From positions 20,001 to 268,000 of the forward strand of contig NZ_JMCB01000006.1 of the NCBI RefSeq assembly GCF_000737315.1: DNA of 248,000 nt, in the 5' to 3' direction. Source of the stretch: Hyalangium minutum. GTDB lineage: Bacteria > Myxococcota > Myxococcia > Myxococcales > Myxococcaceae. The translations under genes and the position numbers were made by a program. Positions 21,139 to 31,493 of the stretch are shown here, one piece after another. Positions within the stretch are counted from its first letter, which is position 1. Each line of letters starts with the position of its first letter. The notes under the pieces are model-generated. The model ran no database searches. It saw only the letters and a list, made by a program, of their open reading frames with translations, and was not told the DNA's origin.

Positions 21139-23370
21139 CTACTTCGACGACCTGGCAGGTTGCCCATAGGCCTTCTTGAGGATGTCGTCGCTGCTCAAAC
21201 CACTGGCCTTGGCGGCTTCCACATCCAATCCCTCGCCATGGCCCCGGCCCCGGCCCTCGAAGATGAGGTTTGAGCCATCGAAGGAAGCCGTGCGCGGACA
21301 GGCGGGAAGCTTCAGCGCGGAGCGAAGCACCTCACAAGGAAGGGATTCGGTGGTGTCGAAGGTCGCCCCGCTCTCCTGCTGTGCACGGATATAGGAGACG
21401 CGCCCGGCATCGAAGCGCAACGAGGCCACCCCCTGGCCGAGCAGTGACTCCACCTGACTGCGTGGACGCACCTCGCGCCAGGGCTCCTGGCCACCTTGTG
21501 AGAAGAGGAGCCACTGGTTCCACTTCAGCGGCGGCAGGGCCAGCGCCTTCTCCTCTTCCGGCCGCACACGCACCGTGCCGAGGAAGGCCTGGCAATGGGT
21601 GGTGTCGCAGATGGGTCGGCCGCCGTGACGGGTCTCGGCGTGCTGCTCGTTGTGTGCCACGACTCGCGCCAGGGCGATCCGTGGCTCCCCCTTCGAGGCT
21701 GCGTCCTCCGCGGCTACTACGCCCGCTGTGTATTGAAGGCGCGTGGTCCGGAAGATGAAGTCCGAGCCTCGCCTCGCGCTGCGCTCCCGCTCCGTCGTGG
21801 GCACTCCCGGCGGTGGCCGGTATGGCGGAGGAGTGGACCCTGTGAAGCTGCCTGCGTAGTCCCTGCCCTCGGAGGGTAGACCTGGGACGCGAACCCGCCA
21901 CGGGCTGCCCAGACAGACCGCAGGCCCCTTCGCCACGAGCTGCTTCAATTGAGAGAAGCCCTGCGGCGCCGGGCGCGGTGTGCCCTGGTCCACCGCGAAG
22001 CCCACTCCTCTACAGCCCGCCTCCACCTCCGAGGTCGAGGCCAGCCCCAGCACTTGCACCTTCGCTGCGTCCAGGCCTGGACGCTGGCGCACCCGGGCCA
22101 GCACTTTGGGCACCTCGGCCGCGAAGCTGCGGGGCATCTTCCCGGGCCGCATCACCACCGCCACCACGTCCGCATCCACCGCGACGATCCACCCGTACTG
22201 CGGACGGCTCGCCGCGTCCCGCACCGTGCCTGTCTTGGTAGCCACTCCCACGTACGCCGCCGACGCCGGGAGCTCCGACAGCGTCCCACGAGCGGCGTTG
22301 TCCTTCATCCACTCGATCAGATCCGGCCGGGCTTCGGCCAGCAGACGGTACGCCTGCGCCATACCCCACGGAGAGAGCGCCAGCGTGGAACGCAGGCCGA
22401 TGGCGTCTGCCATGTCCGCGGGCTTCCCAGTCAGTCCCACCGCCGTCAGCACCGCGCCCCAGGGTCCAAAGTCTGCCGCAGCGCCGCCTCTCGCTCCCCA
22501 ATCGAGGAAGTAGCCGTTGCACGAGCGCAGCAGCGCCGTGCGCCCGTCCACCTGCTTCGGCAATCCCTGGCCACACGCCCACTCCTGCACGCCCGAGCGG
22601 GGCGTCAGCAGCGGCGGTGGCTCGGAGCTGCCTGCCATCACGAAGGGCTTCAGCGTGGAGCCATAGGGCAACGCGCGCTGCACCTCCCCTTCCGAGAGCA
22701 GCACCTCTCCCGAGTGGCGGCTCAGCACCACGGTGGCCTCGGCCGCCGCCTTCACCGTCACGTCCGCCAGCTCATCAATGGAGACCGGCACCACCCATCG
22801 CGCGCCGTCCTGGCACTGGCGCAGCCGCCGCGAGAGCGCCTGAGGAAAGCCCCGGTCCTCTCCGAGAATCCGCGCCAGCGCCCGTCGGGCCCGCGACGTG
22901 TCCACTGCTGGTGAGCGCGCCAGCTCCGAGGCCGCCACACTCAGCGACTGGTAGGGCCCCTCCCTCCAGATGGGCAGCTCGCCGCTCACCACCAGCGCGA
23001 AGGCCTCGTGGAAGAGCCGATCCTCCGAGGCCGCGGGACAGACCCACCACAGCAGCTGGTGCGCCAGCTCGTGCCGCAGTGCCAAGCGCAGGCGCTCATC
23101 CAGCACGCCCGGCGTGTTCTGCCGCAGCTCCACCAAGCCGGGCTTGCTCTGGGCGTTGCGATCCGCCGCCAGCCCCACGCCGCGCTGGAGGCGGATGGGG
23201 GCCGGGGCCTGCGTGAGAAATCCACCGGCCTCGGCCACGTAGCGCGCCTCCAGCGCCACCCAGGACGCCTCTGCCTCGGCGACCAGGGCGTCCTCGGGCG
23301 TCACGTCTCCCTGTGTGAGGAAGGCCGGGGTGGCCGCCAGCACCGCAGCCGTGATGACAGCCCACCCCAT
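21139..23370 (-). CDS. YfaQ-like protein with PBP-like motifs and SpoIID/LytB domain
   Basis: GSTLKPF (SxxK), RSCNGY (SxN), TKTGT (KTG), C-terminal CDTTHCQ and GRGHGEGL SpoIID-like motifs. Confidence 0.65.
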   Translation of the reverse strand: MGWAVITAAVLAATPAFLTQGDVTPEDALVAEAEASWVALEARYVAEAGGFLTQAPAPIRLQRGVGLAADRNAQSKPGLVELRQNTPGVLDERLRLALRHELAHQLLWWVCPAASEDRLFHEAFALVVSGELPIWREGPYQSLSVAASELARSPAVDTSRARRALARILGEDRGFPQALSRRLRQCQDGARWVVPVSIDELADVTVKAAAEATVVLSRHSGEVLLSEGEVQRALPYGSTLKPFVMAGSSEPPPLLTPRSGVQEWACGQGLPKQVDGRTALLRSCNGYFLDWGARGGAAADFGPWGAVLTAVGLTGKPADMADAIGLRSTLALSPWGMAQAYRLLAEARPDLIEWMKDNAARGTLSELPASAAYVGVATKTGTVRDAASRPQYGWIVAVDADVVAVVMRPGKMPRSFAAEVPKVLARVRQRPGLDAAKVQVLGLASTSEVEAGCRGVGFAVDQGTPRPAPQGFSQLKQLVAKGPAVCLGSPWRVRVPGLPSEGRDYAGSFTGSTPPPYRPPPGVPTTERERSARRGSDFIFRTTRLQYTAGVVAAEDAASKGEPRIALARVVAHNEQHAETRHGGRPICDTTHCQAFLGTVRVRPEEEKALALPPLKWNQWLLFSQGGQEPWREVRPRSQVESLLGQGVASLRFDAGRVSYIRAQQESGATFDTTESLPCEVLRSALKLPACPRTASFDGSNLIFEGRGRGHGEGLDVEAAKASGLSSDDILKKAYGQPARSSK

Positions 23371-23373
23371 CGG

Positions 23374-26300
23374 CTACCAGTCGCCCCGAGGCTTCTGGGA
23401 CGCCTTCACCGCCAGCACGTCCGACTTCGTCCGGGCGCGCAAGCTGGCCACGTACATGTCCTCGATGGAGGCCGGCGGCGCGGTGAACTTGCCCGCGAAC
23501 TGCGCCCTCATCACGTAGCCCACCGAGCGCGGGCTGTCGCTCCACCGCGCGGGCTCCTCGAAGAAGAACGTGGCTCGCTCCGGCGTCAGCACGCGCCGCT
23601 TGAGCGCCTCGGGCGCCAGGTTCAGCGAGTGCGGTGCCCCGCGGAACTCCTTGTCCTCGATGAGCGGCACGAAGCCTGCCGGCACCGCGTCCTCCACCAC
23701 GTAGTACGCCGAGCGCGCCTTGTTGTCCCCGCGCGCGTCGATGGTCAGCTCGACGAAGACCTCCTCGCCCTGGGCCACCTCCTCGCCCGAGGCCAGCGGC
23801 TGCCTGCCGCTCTCGCGCAGCACCCAGTAGCGGCGCTCGATGCTCATGCCCTGGGAGAGCGGCTGCACGTCCGGCAGCGGCGTTAGCGTCGTGGCGCGCA
23901 GCGTGGCCACGCCCTCGAACGAGGCCACGTTCACCGAGCGCGTGCCCGGCTCCAGTGTGGCCACCAGGCCCATGCCCCGAGGCGAGAACTTCACTGGCCC
24001 CTTGGCTCCCTTCACCTCCGGCGGCGGCAGCTTCTTGAAGGCCTTGGCATCGCGCTCGACGAGCCACAGCGAGTGCAGCAGCGCCGTGCTGCGGTCGAAG
24101 GTGGACAGGTCCGGCTGGCTGAGCAGCTCGAGAAGCCGCCGGCGCGCCTTGTCCACGTCCAGCTTGCCGAACGAGGCCGCGTGCGCCAGCAGCGCCGTGA
24201 GGCCCACGCGCCGCAGCGGGTAGTGGAAGAAGGCCTCGGCGTCGGTCGCGGTGTTCAGGCTCGCCAGCTGGACGAAGCCCTCGTTGCTGGCCTGCACCAG
24301 CGAGTCGATGCGCGCCTGCAGCGCGGGCTCCTTCATCACCCCCGCCTTCTCCGCCGCCAGCACCGAGAGCGCCAGCGGGTACAGGTCGCCCGGCGTCGCC
24401 CGGTCGATGAGGGCGCGCACGCGGTCCGCCTTGCGATCGCCGTACATGCGTGCGAGCACGTAGGCGCGCGTGGCGTCGTACTCGAAGGGCAGGTTCTCCT
24501 GGGCCTCCAGCCAGCGCGCGGCCTCGGTCAGCCGCGTGTCGTTGGCATCCACCAGCCCCGCCTCCGTCGCGTAGGCCAGCCCATCCAGAGCGATGAGCGT
24601 CATCGCCACATCCGGCGTGCTGTACCCGCCGAACCAGGTGAAGCCGCCGCCCTTCACCGCCAGGGCGAGGATGCGCGAGGTGCCCTGCACGGAGCGGCTG
24701 CGCGCCTCGGCCAGCAGGCCCTGGCTCTCGGGGTCCAGCCGGCCCAGCATGTCCACCTTCTTGAGCGTCTGGTACAGCGCCACGTTGGGCACCGTGGTGG
24801 ACACGAGCTGCTCCAGGCAGCCGTACGGGTAGGTGAGCAGCTCGCGCACGTTGGTGAGCGCCGCGTCCACCACCGAGGGCTGGAGCACCAACTGCACGTC
24901 CGTGAGCGTGGCCGAGCTCGCCGCTTGCAGCGACAGCTCGCCGCCGCCCCAGGCGGACACCTTCACCGGCTCCTCCAGGGCCGCGGGCCGCACCGGCACT
25001 GCGCGGCGATCCTTCAGCGGATCCTTGCCGCCCGTTACGTCCACCGACAGCTCGGCCGAGCCCGGACCCGTGGCCTTGATCTGCAGGGGGAGGACCTTCT
25101 CGCCGCCCTGGCCCAGCTCGATCTTCTCCTGCGTCTGGTTGGCTTGGAGCGCGCCCGCGGAGGCCAGCTTCACCTCCAGCACCTGACTGCCCTTGGAGGC
25201 CGCACCCGCGGACAGACGTACCGAGGCGAGCGCCTCGTCCCCCTCGCGGAGGAACTGCGGCAGCGCCGCGTACAGGTTGAGGCCGCCACGGGTGGCGAAC
25301 TCCCCGGTGCCCTCGCCGAAGCGGCCCGAGGTGTCCGCCGCCACCGCCGTCACCACCCAGAGCGTCTGGTTGGAGGGCAGCTTGAAGCGCACCGTGGCGC
25401 GGCCATCGCGGTCCGTGACGACGTTCGGCTGCCAGAAGGCCGTGTCGCGCTCCTCGTCCTTCGCCTTGCGCGTGGGCGGCTTGATGGAGGCGAACGCGTG
25501 GTCCGGCAGCCCGGCCATCTTCCGCGCCAGCGCCTCGCCGTAGCCGTAGCCCTGGAACTCAGCGGAGTAGAAGTTGGACACGTTGTTGCGCGCGGGCGGA
25601 TAGAAGAAGTCCAGCACCTTCGGGCGGAACTCCGTCTGGATGGCGTACACGGCCTTGTCCACCACGCCCACGGACACCTGGGCCACGATGCCGTTGCCCT
25701 CGTGGTCCGTGACGCGCAAGTCCATCACCTGCTCGGTGAGCGGGGCGGCCTCCACGCGGCGAGGCTCCAGCTTCACCGTCAGGGTGCGCTCGGCGGGGAT
25801 GATGCGGAAGGACACCGTGCGCTCCTCCCAGCGGCCCGAGCTCGTCGGGTACGCCACGGACGCGTACACCGCGCTGCCGTAGCGCTTCTCCACCGGGAAG
25901 CTGTGCACCAGCGTGCGGCCCTCGAGCTCCAGCAACTCCGTGCCGTAGAGGCCCGCGCCCGTGAAGGTGATCCACACCGGGCCGCGATCCTTGCCCCCGG
26001 GGCCCCAGCCATCCGGGAACAGGCCCACCAGCTGCCCCGAGTCGCCCGGAGACAGCGTGCCAGAGAGCGAGGCTAGCGTGAGGTTCGCCACGCGCGCCAC
26101 CGGCTCGTCATTGCCGCCGATGACGAGCATGGACTGCTCGCCCGTCCACGCCTTGCCGTTCTTGTCCTTCACCGTCATCCGCGCCAGCACCGTGCCCACC
26201 TCCGAGGTGGGGACCTTCTGGCGGGCGATGCCGTTGGCCTCGGTGGTGAGCGAGTGCTTGCTCAGGCTCTTCTCGCTGCCGTCCGCCTTGCGCAGCACGA

Positions 26301-28080
26301 ACTCGACCTCGGCCTGGGTGACGCCGTAGGGCTTGCCGGACAGCGTGGTGGCGCGCACCGCCAGCGTCGCCTCGGCGCCCTTCTTCACCACCGCCTCCGA
26401 GAAGCTCCCCGCGCCGAACACCTCCACCTCCGACAGGAAGAAGGAGGCAGCCGCGTTGGCGAAAGTCCCCTGGTCATCCCGCGCACGCACGCTGAGCGAG
26501 TAGCGGTACGGCAGCCGCTCCTCTCCCGCGGCCAGCGCTGGCACGCTGATCTCGATGACGGCCTCGCCGTTCTCATCGAACTTGGTGGCGCTCTCCCACG
26601 GGTCTCCCTCCGCGCCGCGCTCGGCCACGGAGGAGTAGAGGCGCTCGGGCACGCTGAGCTTGCCCTCGGAGCTGGAGGCCGTGCCGTACGTCACCGCGCT
26701 GCCCTGGCCACCCTTGCCCGCGTCATCCACCCAGGCGGGCGCGTCCAGCAGCGAGCGGTACAGGAACACGTCGTACTTGGCGCCCTCGGGCACGCCGCCC
26801 GCGTAGCGCCGCGCCTTCACCGTGGCCTTCAGCGTCTGGCCCGGGACGATGTTCTCCTTCTCCGGCGTCAGCTCCAGATAGAAGGTGGGCTTCACGTAGT
26901 CCTGCACGCGCGCTTCGCCCTGGTGCGCCTGGTCATCCACCGAGGCGTTCACCCGCAGCACGCCCGTGCCCAGGTCCGCCGGCACGTCCAGGGTGCCCGA
27001 GAAGCTGCCGAACTCATCCACCGACACCTGCGTCTTGATGTCGCGGCCCTCGGCGGACTCGAGCTTCACCGTCACCAGCTTCTTGCGCGGGGTGAACAGG
27101 CGCGCGAGGTACGTGTCCGGCTGGCGCAGCAGGCCGCGGAACTTCACCTGGTCTCCCGGCTTGTAGATGGGCCGGTCGCTGTAGATGAAGACGTCCGGCG
27201 CCACCGCCAGCGAGGAGTAGAAGTCCGTGTCCACCAGGCCCGTGTCCTTGCCCACGGTGGCCGTGGCGAGGATGCGCGGCTCGCTCACCTCCAGCGTCAC
27301 CTCACCCTTCTCGTCCGTCTTGCCCTCGGGGCCCTTGCCGGTGGGCAGGAACACGCGCACCTGGGCGCCCGCCTTGGGCTTCTGGTCCCGGCCCGCCACG
27401 CGCACCAGCACCTGGCCATCCGTCTGCTTCAGCTGAACCGTGAGGTCCGTCACGACGAGCACCACCTGGCCCTCCACCTTGCCCTGCACGAGCTGCAGCA
27501 CGTAGGTGCCCGCGGGCAGCGGCGCCAGCATCACCCGGCGCTCCTGGAAGCCGTGGCCGCCCCACGAGGAGAAGCCCGGCACGCTGAAGTCCACGCCGCC
27601 GCCCCCCAGGTCCAGGTTCAGCCACTGGCTGCGCGCGACGGTGAAGCCGGGCGGCACGCCGACGAGCTTGTCCGGGCCCTCGGCCATCTGGTTCAGCGTG
27701 GGCGCTACGTCCTCGGGGCCGCGCGCCGGCAGCGCCGGAGAGACGGCGTCACGGAACTCCGTGCTGAACGCGTAGAGCAGATAGGTGGAGGGCACCTTCA
27801 CCGAGTTCAGGCCGCGGCTGAGCGCGCGTCCCGGGTTCTTCAGCACGGGCGGCTGCTCGTACGCCCGGCGGATGTCGCTCTGGGCCTCGATGAAGGAGTC
27901 CAGGCTGTCCGGCTTGAGCACCCGCAGCTCCACGGGGCCCTTGCTGTTGAACGCCACGTCCACCGCCACCGGCTCCTGGGTGCCGTAGGCGCGAGGCACG
28001 GTGATGTAGAGCGGCTTGGCCGCCGCCACGCTGGCCAGCGTCACCGCGGCCAGCAGCGAAATGCGCGTGGAGTACCTCAT
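23374..28080 (-). CDS. Alpha-2-macroglobulin family protein (YfaS-like)
   Basis: YSDRPIYKPG MG2 motif, DTAFWQP, thioester motif YPYGCLEQ. Confidence 0.93.
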   Translation of the reverse strand: MRYSTRISLLAAVTLASVAAAKPLYITVPRAYGTQEPVAVDVAFNSKGPVELRVLKPDSLDSFIEAQSDIRRAYEQPPVLKNPGRALSRGLNSVKVPSTYLLYAFSTEFRDAVSPALPARGPEDVAPTLNQMAEGPDKLVGVPPGFTVARSQWLNLDLGGGGVDFSVPGFSSWGGHGFQERRVMLAPLPAGTYVLQLVQGKVEGQVVLVVTDLTVQLKQTDGQVLVRVAGRDQKPKAGAQVRVFLPTGKGPEGKTDEKGEVTLEVSEPRILATATVGKDTGLVDTDFYSSLAVAPDVFIYSDRPIYKPGDQVKFRGLLRQPDTYLARLFTPRKKLVTVKLESAEGRDIKTQVSVDEFGSFSGTLDVPADLGTGVLRVNASVDDQAHQGEARVQDYVKPTFYLELTPEKENIVPGQTLKATVKARRYAGGVPEGAKYDVFLYRSLLDAPAWVDDAGKGGQGSAVTYGTASSSEGKLSVPERLYSSVAERGAEGDPWESATKFDENGEAVIEISVPALAAGEERLPYRYSLSVRARDDQGTFANAAASFFLSEVEVFGAGSFSEAVVKKGAEATLAVRATTLSGKPYGVTQAEVEFVLRKADGSEKSLSKHSLTTEANGIARQKVPTSEVGTVLARMTVKDKNGKAWTGEQSMLVIGGNDEPVARVANLTLASLSGTLSPGDSGQLVGLFPDGWGPGGKDRGPVWITFTGAGLYGTELLELEGRTLVHSFPVEKRYGSAVYASVAYPTSSGRWEERTVSFRIIPAERTLTVKLEPRRVEAAPLTEQVMDLRVTDHEGNGIVAQVSVGVVDKAVYAIQTEFRPKVLDFFYPPARNNVSNFYSAEFQGYGYGEALARKMAGLPDHAFASIKPPTRKAKDEERDTAFWQPNVVTDRDGRATVRFKLPSNQTLWVVTAVAADTSGRFGEGTGEFATRGGLNLYAALPQFLREGDEALASVRLSAGAASKGSQVLEVKLASAGALQANQTQEKIELGQGGEKVLPLQIKATGPGSAELSVDVTGGKDPLKDRRAVPVRPAALEEPVKVSAWGGGELSLQAASSATLTDVQLVLQPSVVDAALTNVRELLTYPYGCLEQLVSTTVPNVALYQTLKKVDMLGRLDPESQGLLAEARSRSVQGTSRILALAVKGGGFTWFGGYSTPDVAMTLIALDGLAYATEAGLVDANDTRLTEAARWLEAQENLPFEYDATRAYVLARMYGDRKADRVRALIDRATPGDLYPLALSVLAAEKAGVMKEPALQARIDSLVQASNEGFVQLASLNTATDAEAFFHYPLRRVGLTALLAHAASFGKLDVDKARRRLLELLSQPDLSTFDRSTALLHSLWLVERDAKAFKKLPPPEVKGAKGPVKFSPRGMGLVATLEPGTRSVNVASFEGVATLRATTLTPLPDVQPLSQGMSIERRYWVLRESGRQPLASGEEVAQGEEVFVELTIDARGDNKARSAYYVVEDAVPAGFVPLIEDKEFRGAPHSLNLAPEALKRRVLTPERATFFFEEPARWSDSPRSVGYVMRAQFAGKFTAPPASIEDMYVASLRARTKSDVLAVKASQKPRGDW

Positions 28081-29690
28081 GAACCAAACCCTCCCGGAAC
28101 CAGCGAATTGCCCTCTACCGTGCCGCGCAGCCCCACATACGGCAGCGTCTCGAGATCCTTGCGCGCCTCTTCAATCTCCGCGGGCGCCGAGCCCGGCACC
28201 GGCGCGTTCTTCCCGAGCTGCTGCTCGGACCAGTACCCGTCCGCCAGCAGCTGGCTGAGCAGGTGGCCCGTGTTCAAGCCAATCGTCACCGAGCCCGGCG
28301 CGCGCAGTCCCTCGACCACCGGGCCCGCCGCGTTGAGCAGGTTGGGGCTCTTGCCCTCGCACGCGCTCTGCAGGCGCTGGAGCACCTGCGGCTCGGAGGC
28401 CAGCACCTGGTGCTTGCACAGCGTGGCCTGCTCCAGCGTGTTGCCACCCGCGAACATCGTCTTCAGCGCGGGCGCGTCCTCCACCCGGCCCCAGAGGATG
28501 GCAAACTCGTGGCCCAGGTCCGCGTCGCCGCGCGGCGTCCACACCAGCGCAATCTGCCGCGTGCGCACCTGCCCGGGGTCCTGGCCCTCCCAGTACTGCT
28601 TGATCTTCGCGCCCTCCAGGGACTCGGGCAGCTTGAGCTGCAGCGCCAGCAGCACCGGCGTGTCCGAGGGCACCAGCTTCAGCAAGTCATCCGAGAGCGG
28701 CGCCGCATCCAGCCGCACCTTGTCCAACAGCGGCCCCGTAATGCCGCGAGGCACCAGCCGCTTGCCCTCGGCGCCGAACTGCAGCCGGGTACCGTTGGCG
28801 AGCCCCAGCGCGTGCGTGAGGAACACCGTCTCGCGCCCGAGCACCTCGCTGTTGAAGCCCAGCTCCAGGTCCACGTTGGCGGGGGCCTCCAGCTTCGTCA
28901 GCTCGGCGCACAGGCCGCGCAGCACCATGTTGGGCTGCCGCGCCACCACGATGCGATCCGCCGTACGCGCGGCGTACAGCGACTGCTCGGCCACCAGCCA
29001 GCGGGCGATCTTGAAGCCACCCTCGGGAACCGTGGCGGACGCGGGCGCGCCGTAGGGGCACTTGTCGGAGGTATAGCCGCCGCGGCTGGCCACCTTCTCC
29101 ATGGCCTCGTAGGCCGTGGCGGCGGTGGCATTCGGCGCGGGGACAATGAAGGCGGGGGCGTTCGAGTCACTGCCGCCCACGAACCACAGCGCGCGGAACG
29201 GCGAGTCCAGCAGCTGCCCGGCCACCACGTCGAACACGGCGCCCTTGAAGGAGGCCTTCAGGTCCTCGCCGGTGGAGCCGAAGAAGGCAGCCCAGGAGCT
29301 GGCGAAGCCCTGGCCGAGCGGCTTCTTCATCTGCTGCTGGAGCCACGCGTTCCCCACGAGCGCACTGCGCACCTTGGCGGGCTGGTACACGTCCACCCAG
29401 ACCGCGGGAGAGCCCTGCGTGGGCGGAGACAGGCGCTGGGTCGGCGGAGGCGGCGGCATGCCCTCCACGGTGGCTCCAGCGCTCTGCACGCCCGAGGTGC
29501 CCTGCTCCGTCGTATCGGAGCTGTCACTGCCCGCGCCCGAGTTCGCGCTGCGGCGTCCGAGCACGTAGGCGCCCACGCCCACGCCGCTCACCACCACGGT
29601 GACGATGGCGACGAGGATCGCCTTGGAGGCGCCACCTCCCGAGCGGGGTGGCTCGGGGGACGGGCCCGAAGGGGTTTCGGATGAGCTCAT
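28077..29690 (-). CDS. Membrane-anchored hypothetical protein (YfaA position in operon)
   Basis: Single N-terminal TM, coupled to neighbours by overlapping stop/start. Confidence 0.6.
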   Translation of the reverse strand: MSSSETPSGPSPEPPRSGGGASKAILVAIVTVVVSGVGVGAYVLGRRSANSGAGSDSSDTTEQGTSGVQSAGATVEGMPPPPPTQRLSPPTQGSPAVWVDVYQPAKVRSALVGNAWLQQQMKKPLGQGFASSWAAFFGSTGEDLKASFKGAVFDVVAGQLLDSPFRALWFVGGSDSNAPAFIVPAPNATAATAYEAMEKVASRGGYTSDKCPYGAPASATVPEGGFKIARWLVAEQSLYAARTADRIVVARQPNMVLRGLCAELTKLEAPANVDLELGFNSEVLGRETVFLTHALGLANGTRLQFGAEGKRLVPRGITGPLLDKVRLDAAPLSDDLLKLVPSDTPVLLALQLKLPESLEGAKIKQYWEGQDPGQVRTRQIALVWTPRGDADLGHEFAILWGRVEDAPALKTMFAGGNTLEQATLCKHQVLASEPQVLQRLQSACEGKSPNLLNAAGPVVEGLRAPGSVTIGLNTGHLLSQLLADGYWSEQQLGKNAPVPGSAPAEIEEARKDLETLPYVGLRGTVEGNSLVPGGFGS

Positions 29691-30283
29691 TGCATCCACT
29701 CCTTGAAGCGGAAGAAGCCGAGGAAGGCGGTGTTCTGGGGAATGGGGCGCCACTCGAGCGGCGCCTCGGTGGCGAGCCGGTGCAGCACGCCGGTCCTCAC
29801 GGCGGCGCCCTTCTCGCCCGGGTGGTAGACGACACGGGCCGGCGCGTGCGCCTTGTCCTCCGGGCGCACCACCAGCATGAGGTGGAACACGGGGCCGGAG
29901 TCATGCTCCTGGCGGAACGCCACCAGGTCCCCGGTGCGCAGCGACTCGAGCGCGGCCTCGTCCCGGCCCAGCGGCGCGAAGCTGCGCGTGAGCAGCGTCT
30001 CCGCGTCCGCGAACTCGGCGGGCCGCCCCTGTACGTCCAGCCACAGGGGACGCTCGACGCGCTCGGCGTAGAAGCGCTTGTAGGCGCTGCGGTAGGCGAA
30101 GCGCACCAGCCCGGCGCAGTCGCGCTGGTCCGGGTGCCACAGCGGATCAAACTTCTGGAACTGGGCCAGCGCCACCTGCCCCACCTCGCGGCGCAGCAGC
30201 ACGTCGCGGGCCTCGCGCGAGTCGGACGCAGGAGGCGGAGGCGTGGAGGCGGCAAGCGCCAGCGTGAGGGACAGGAAGAGCAT
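29687..30283 (-). CDS. DUF1175 family protein (YfaT-like)
   Basis: QRDCAGLVRFAYR, GDLVAF, FHLM, VYHPG motifs. Confidence 0.85.
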   Translation of the reverse strand: MLFLSLTLALAASTPPPPASDSREARDVLLRREVGQVALAQFQKFDPLWHPDQRDCAGLVRFAYRSAYKRFYAERVERPLWLDVQGRPAEFADAETLLTRSFAPLGRDEAALESLRTGDLVAFRQEHDSGPVFHLMLVVRPEDKAHAPARVVYHPGEKGAAVRTGVLHRLATEAPLEWRPIPQNTAFLGFFRFKEWMQ

Positions 30284-30300
30284 GGTCCAGGCTGGGAGCG

Positions 30301-31281
30301 TCAGTCCCCGCCCTCGGAGCTGCCCTCGCCCTCGCCCTCGGAGCCCTCGTAGCCCTCGCCCTCGCCTTCGTAGCCGCCCTCGTCGCCGTAGTCCCCGGAG
30401 TTGCCGGAGGACACGTTCTTGGCCACCTCATCGAGGTTCTTGGGCCACGAGGCCCCCGTGGGCTTCGGATCCTGAGAGGGCACATACACCTCCGCCTGGT
30501 TCTCGCCGGTGATGTTGATCCACGCGAGCACGCGCGTGGTGCCCGGGGTGGCCAGGGGAATGCGCACCATGCGGCGCACCTCGCCCGGGGTGCCCTCGAA
30601 GAGCGCCACGTTGAGGGTGGCCAGCGTGTGGGCCTTGTCACCGCTGGGCCAGTAGTTGGTGGCGATCAGGTAGATGCCCTGGGGCGGCGCCCGGTGGATA
30701 TAAAGGTAGGGGCCGTAGGCAGGCTGATCGAAGTCGCCGCCCTGCTCGTTGAGGAAGAAGGTGCCGCCGGTGGGGCTGGAGGTGTCCGCCCAGTAGACGT
30801 GCGCCATCTTCTTGCCGTCCATCGTCAGGCCCTCGGCCGTCTTGGTGACGCTGTCGTTGGTGGGCTCGTAGACGTGGAGGTCCGTGTAGACGCCCTCGGT
30901 GTCGCTGGTGAGGATGGTCTTGAGCGGCACGGGCGGAATCTGCGCGTACGCCGTCACCTGCGAGCGCGCCGTGCCCGCCTGGTTGGTGGCCATCACCGTG
31001 ACGATGTTCTTGCCGCTGGCGGCGGGGAACTTCCGGCTGAAGCGCCCGTTGAAGGTGCGCATCAGGTACCGGTCTCCGTTGATGGAGACGACCACCGGAT
31101 CAATGGTGGTGTCGCTGATCGTCCCCTCCACCAGCATCATCCGGTCCACCGTCCAGCCGCCGGTGGGGGCAGTGAGCGTGACCTTGGCCAGCTTGGTGCC
31201 CGTGCCAATGGGCACGCCCTGCTGGCGAGGGTTCTCGTGCGGCGTCTGGGTGAGGAGCAGTGCCAGGAAGACAGGCAGCAT
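30301..31281 (-). CDS. DUF2135 family protein (YfaP-like)
   Basis: TDLHVYEP, YGPYLY, ATNYW motifs; acidic Gly/Glu tail. Confidence 0.8.
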   Translation of the reverse strand: MLPVFLALLLTQTPHENPRQQGVPIGTGTKLAKVTLTAPTGGWTVDRMMLVEGTISDTTIDPVVVSINGDRYLMRTFNGRFSRKFPAASGKNIVTVMATNQAGTARSQVTAYAQIPPVPLKTILTSDTEGVYTDLHVYEPTNDSVTKTAEGLTMDGKKMAHVYWADTSSPTGGTFFLNEQGGDFDQPAYGPYLYIHRAPPQGIYLIATNYWPSGDKAHTLATLNVALFEGTPGEVRRMVRIPLATPGTTRVLAWINITGENQAEVYVPSQDPKPTGASWPKNLDEVAKNVSSGNSGDYGDEGGYEGEGEGYEGSEGEGEGSSEGGD

Positions 31282-31493
31282 CGGGAGCTCGTCGGGGTGG
31301 AGTGGGAGACGGCGGAGGCGTTGACGGGCGACAGCCTGCGGCAGCAGCGCGCCTCATTTCAAGCCGCCTGCCTGCCCTGACCCGGGGTGCAAAAGAGGAA
31401 GACTTGTGGCATGGGCCCCATGCGTGTGGGGGCTTCGCTTCCAGGGCCCGGCTCGTTCATGATGGGTGGGCTTTGGACGCTGCTGCTGAAATC

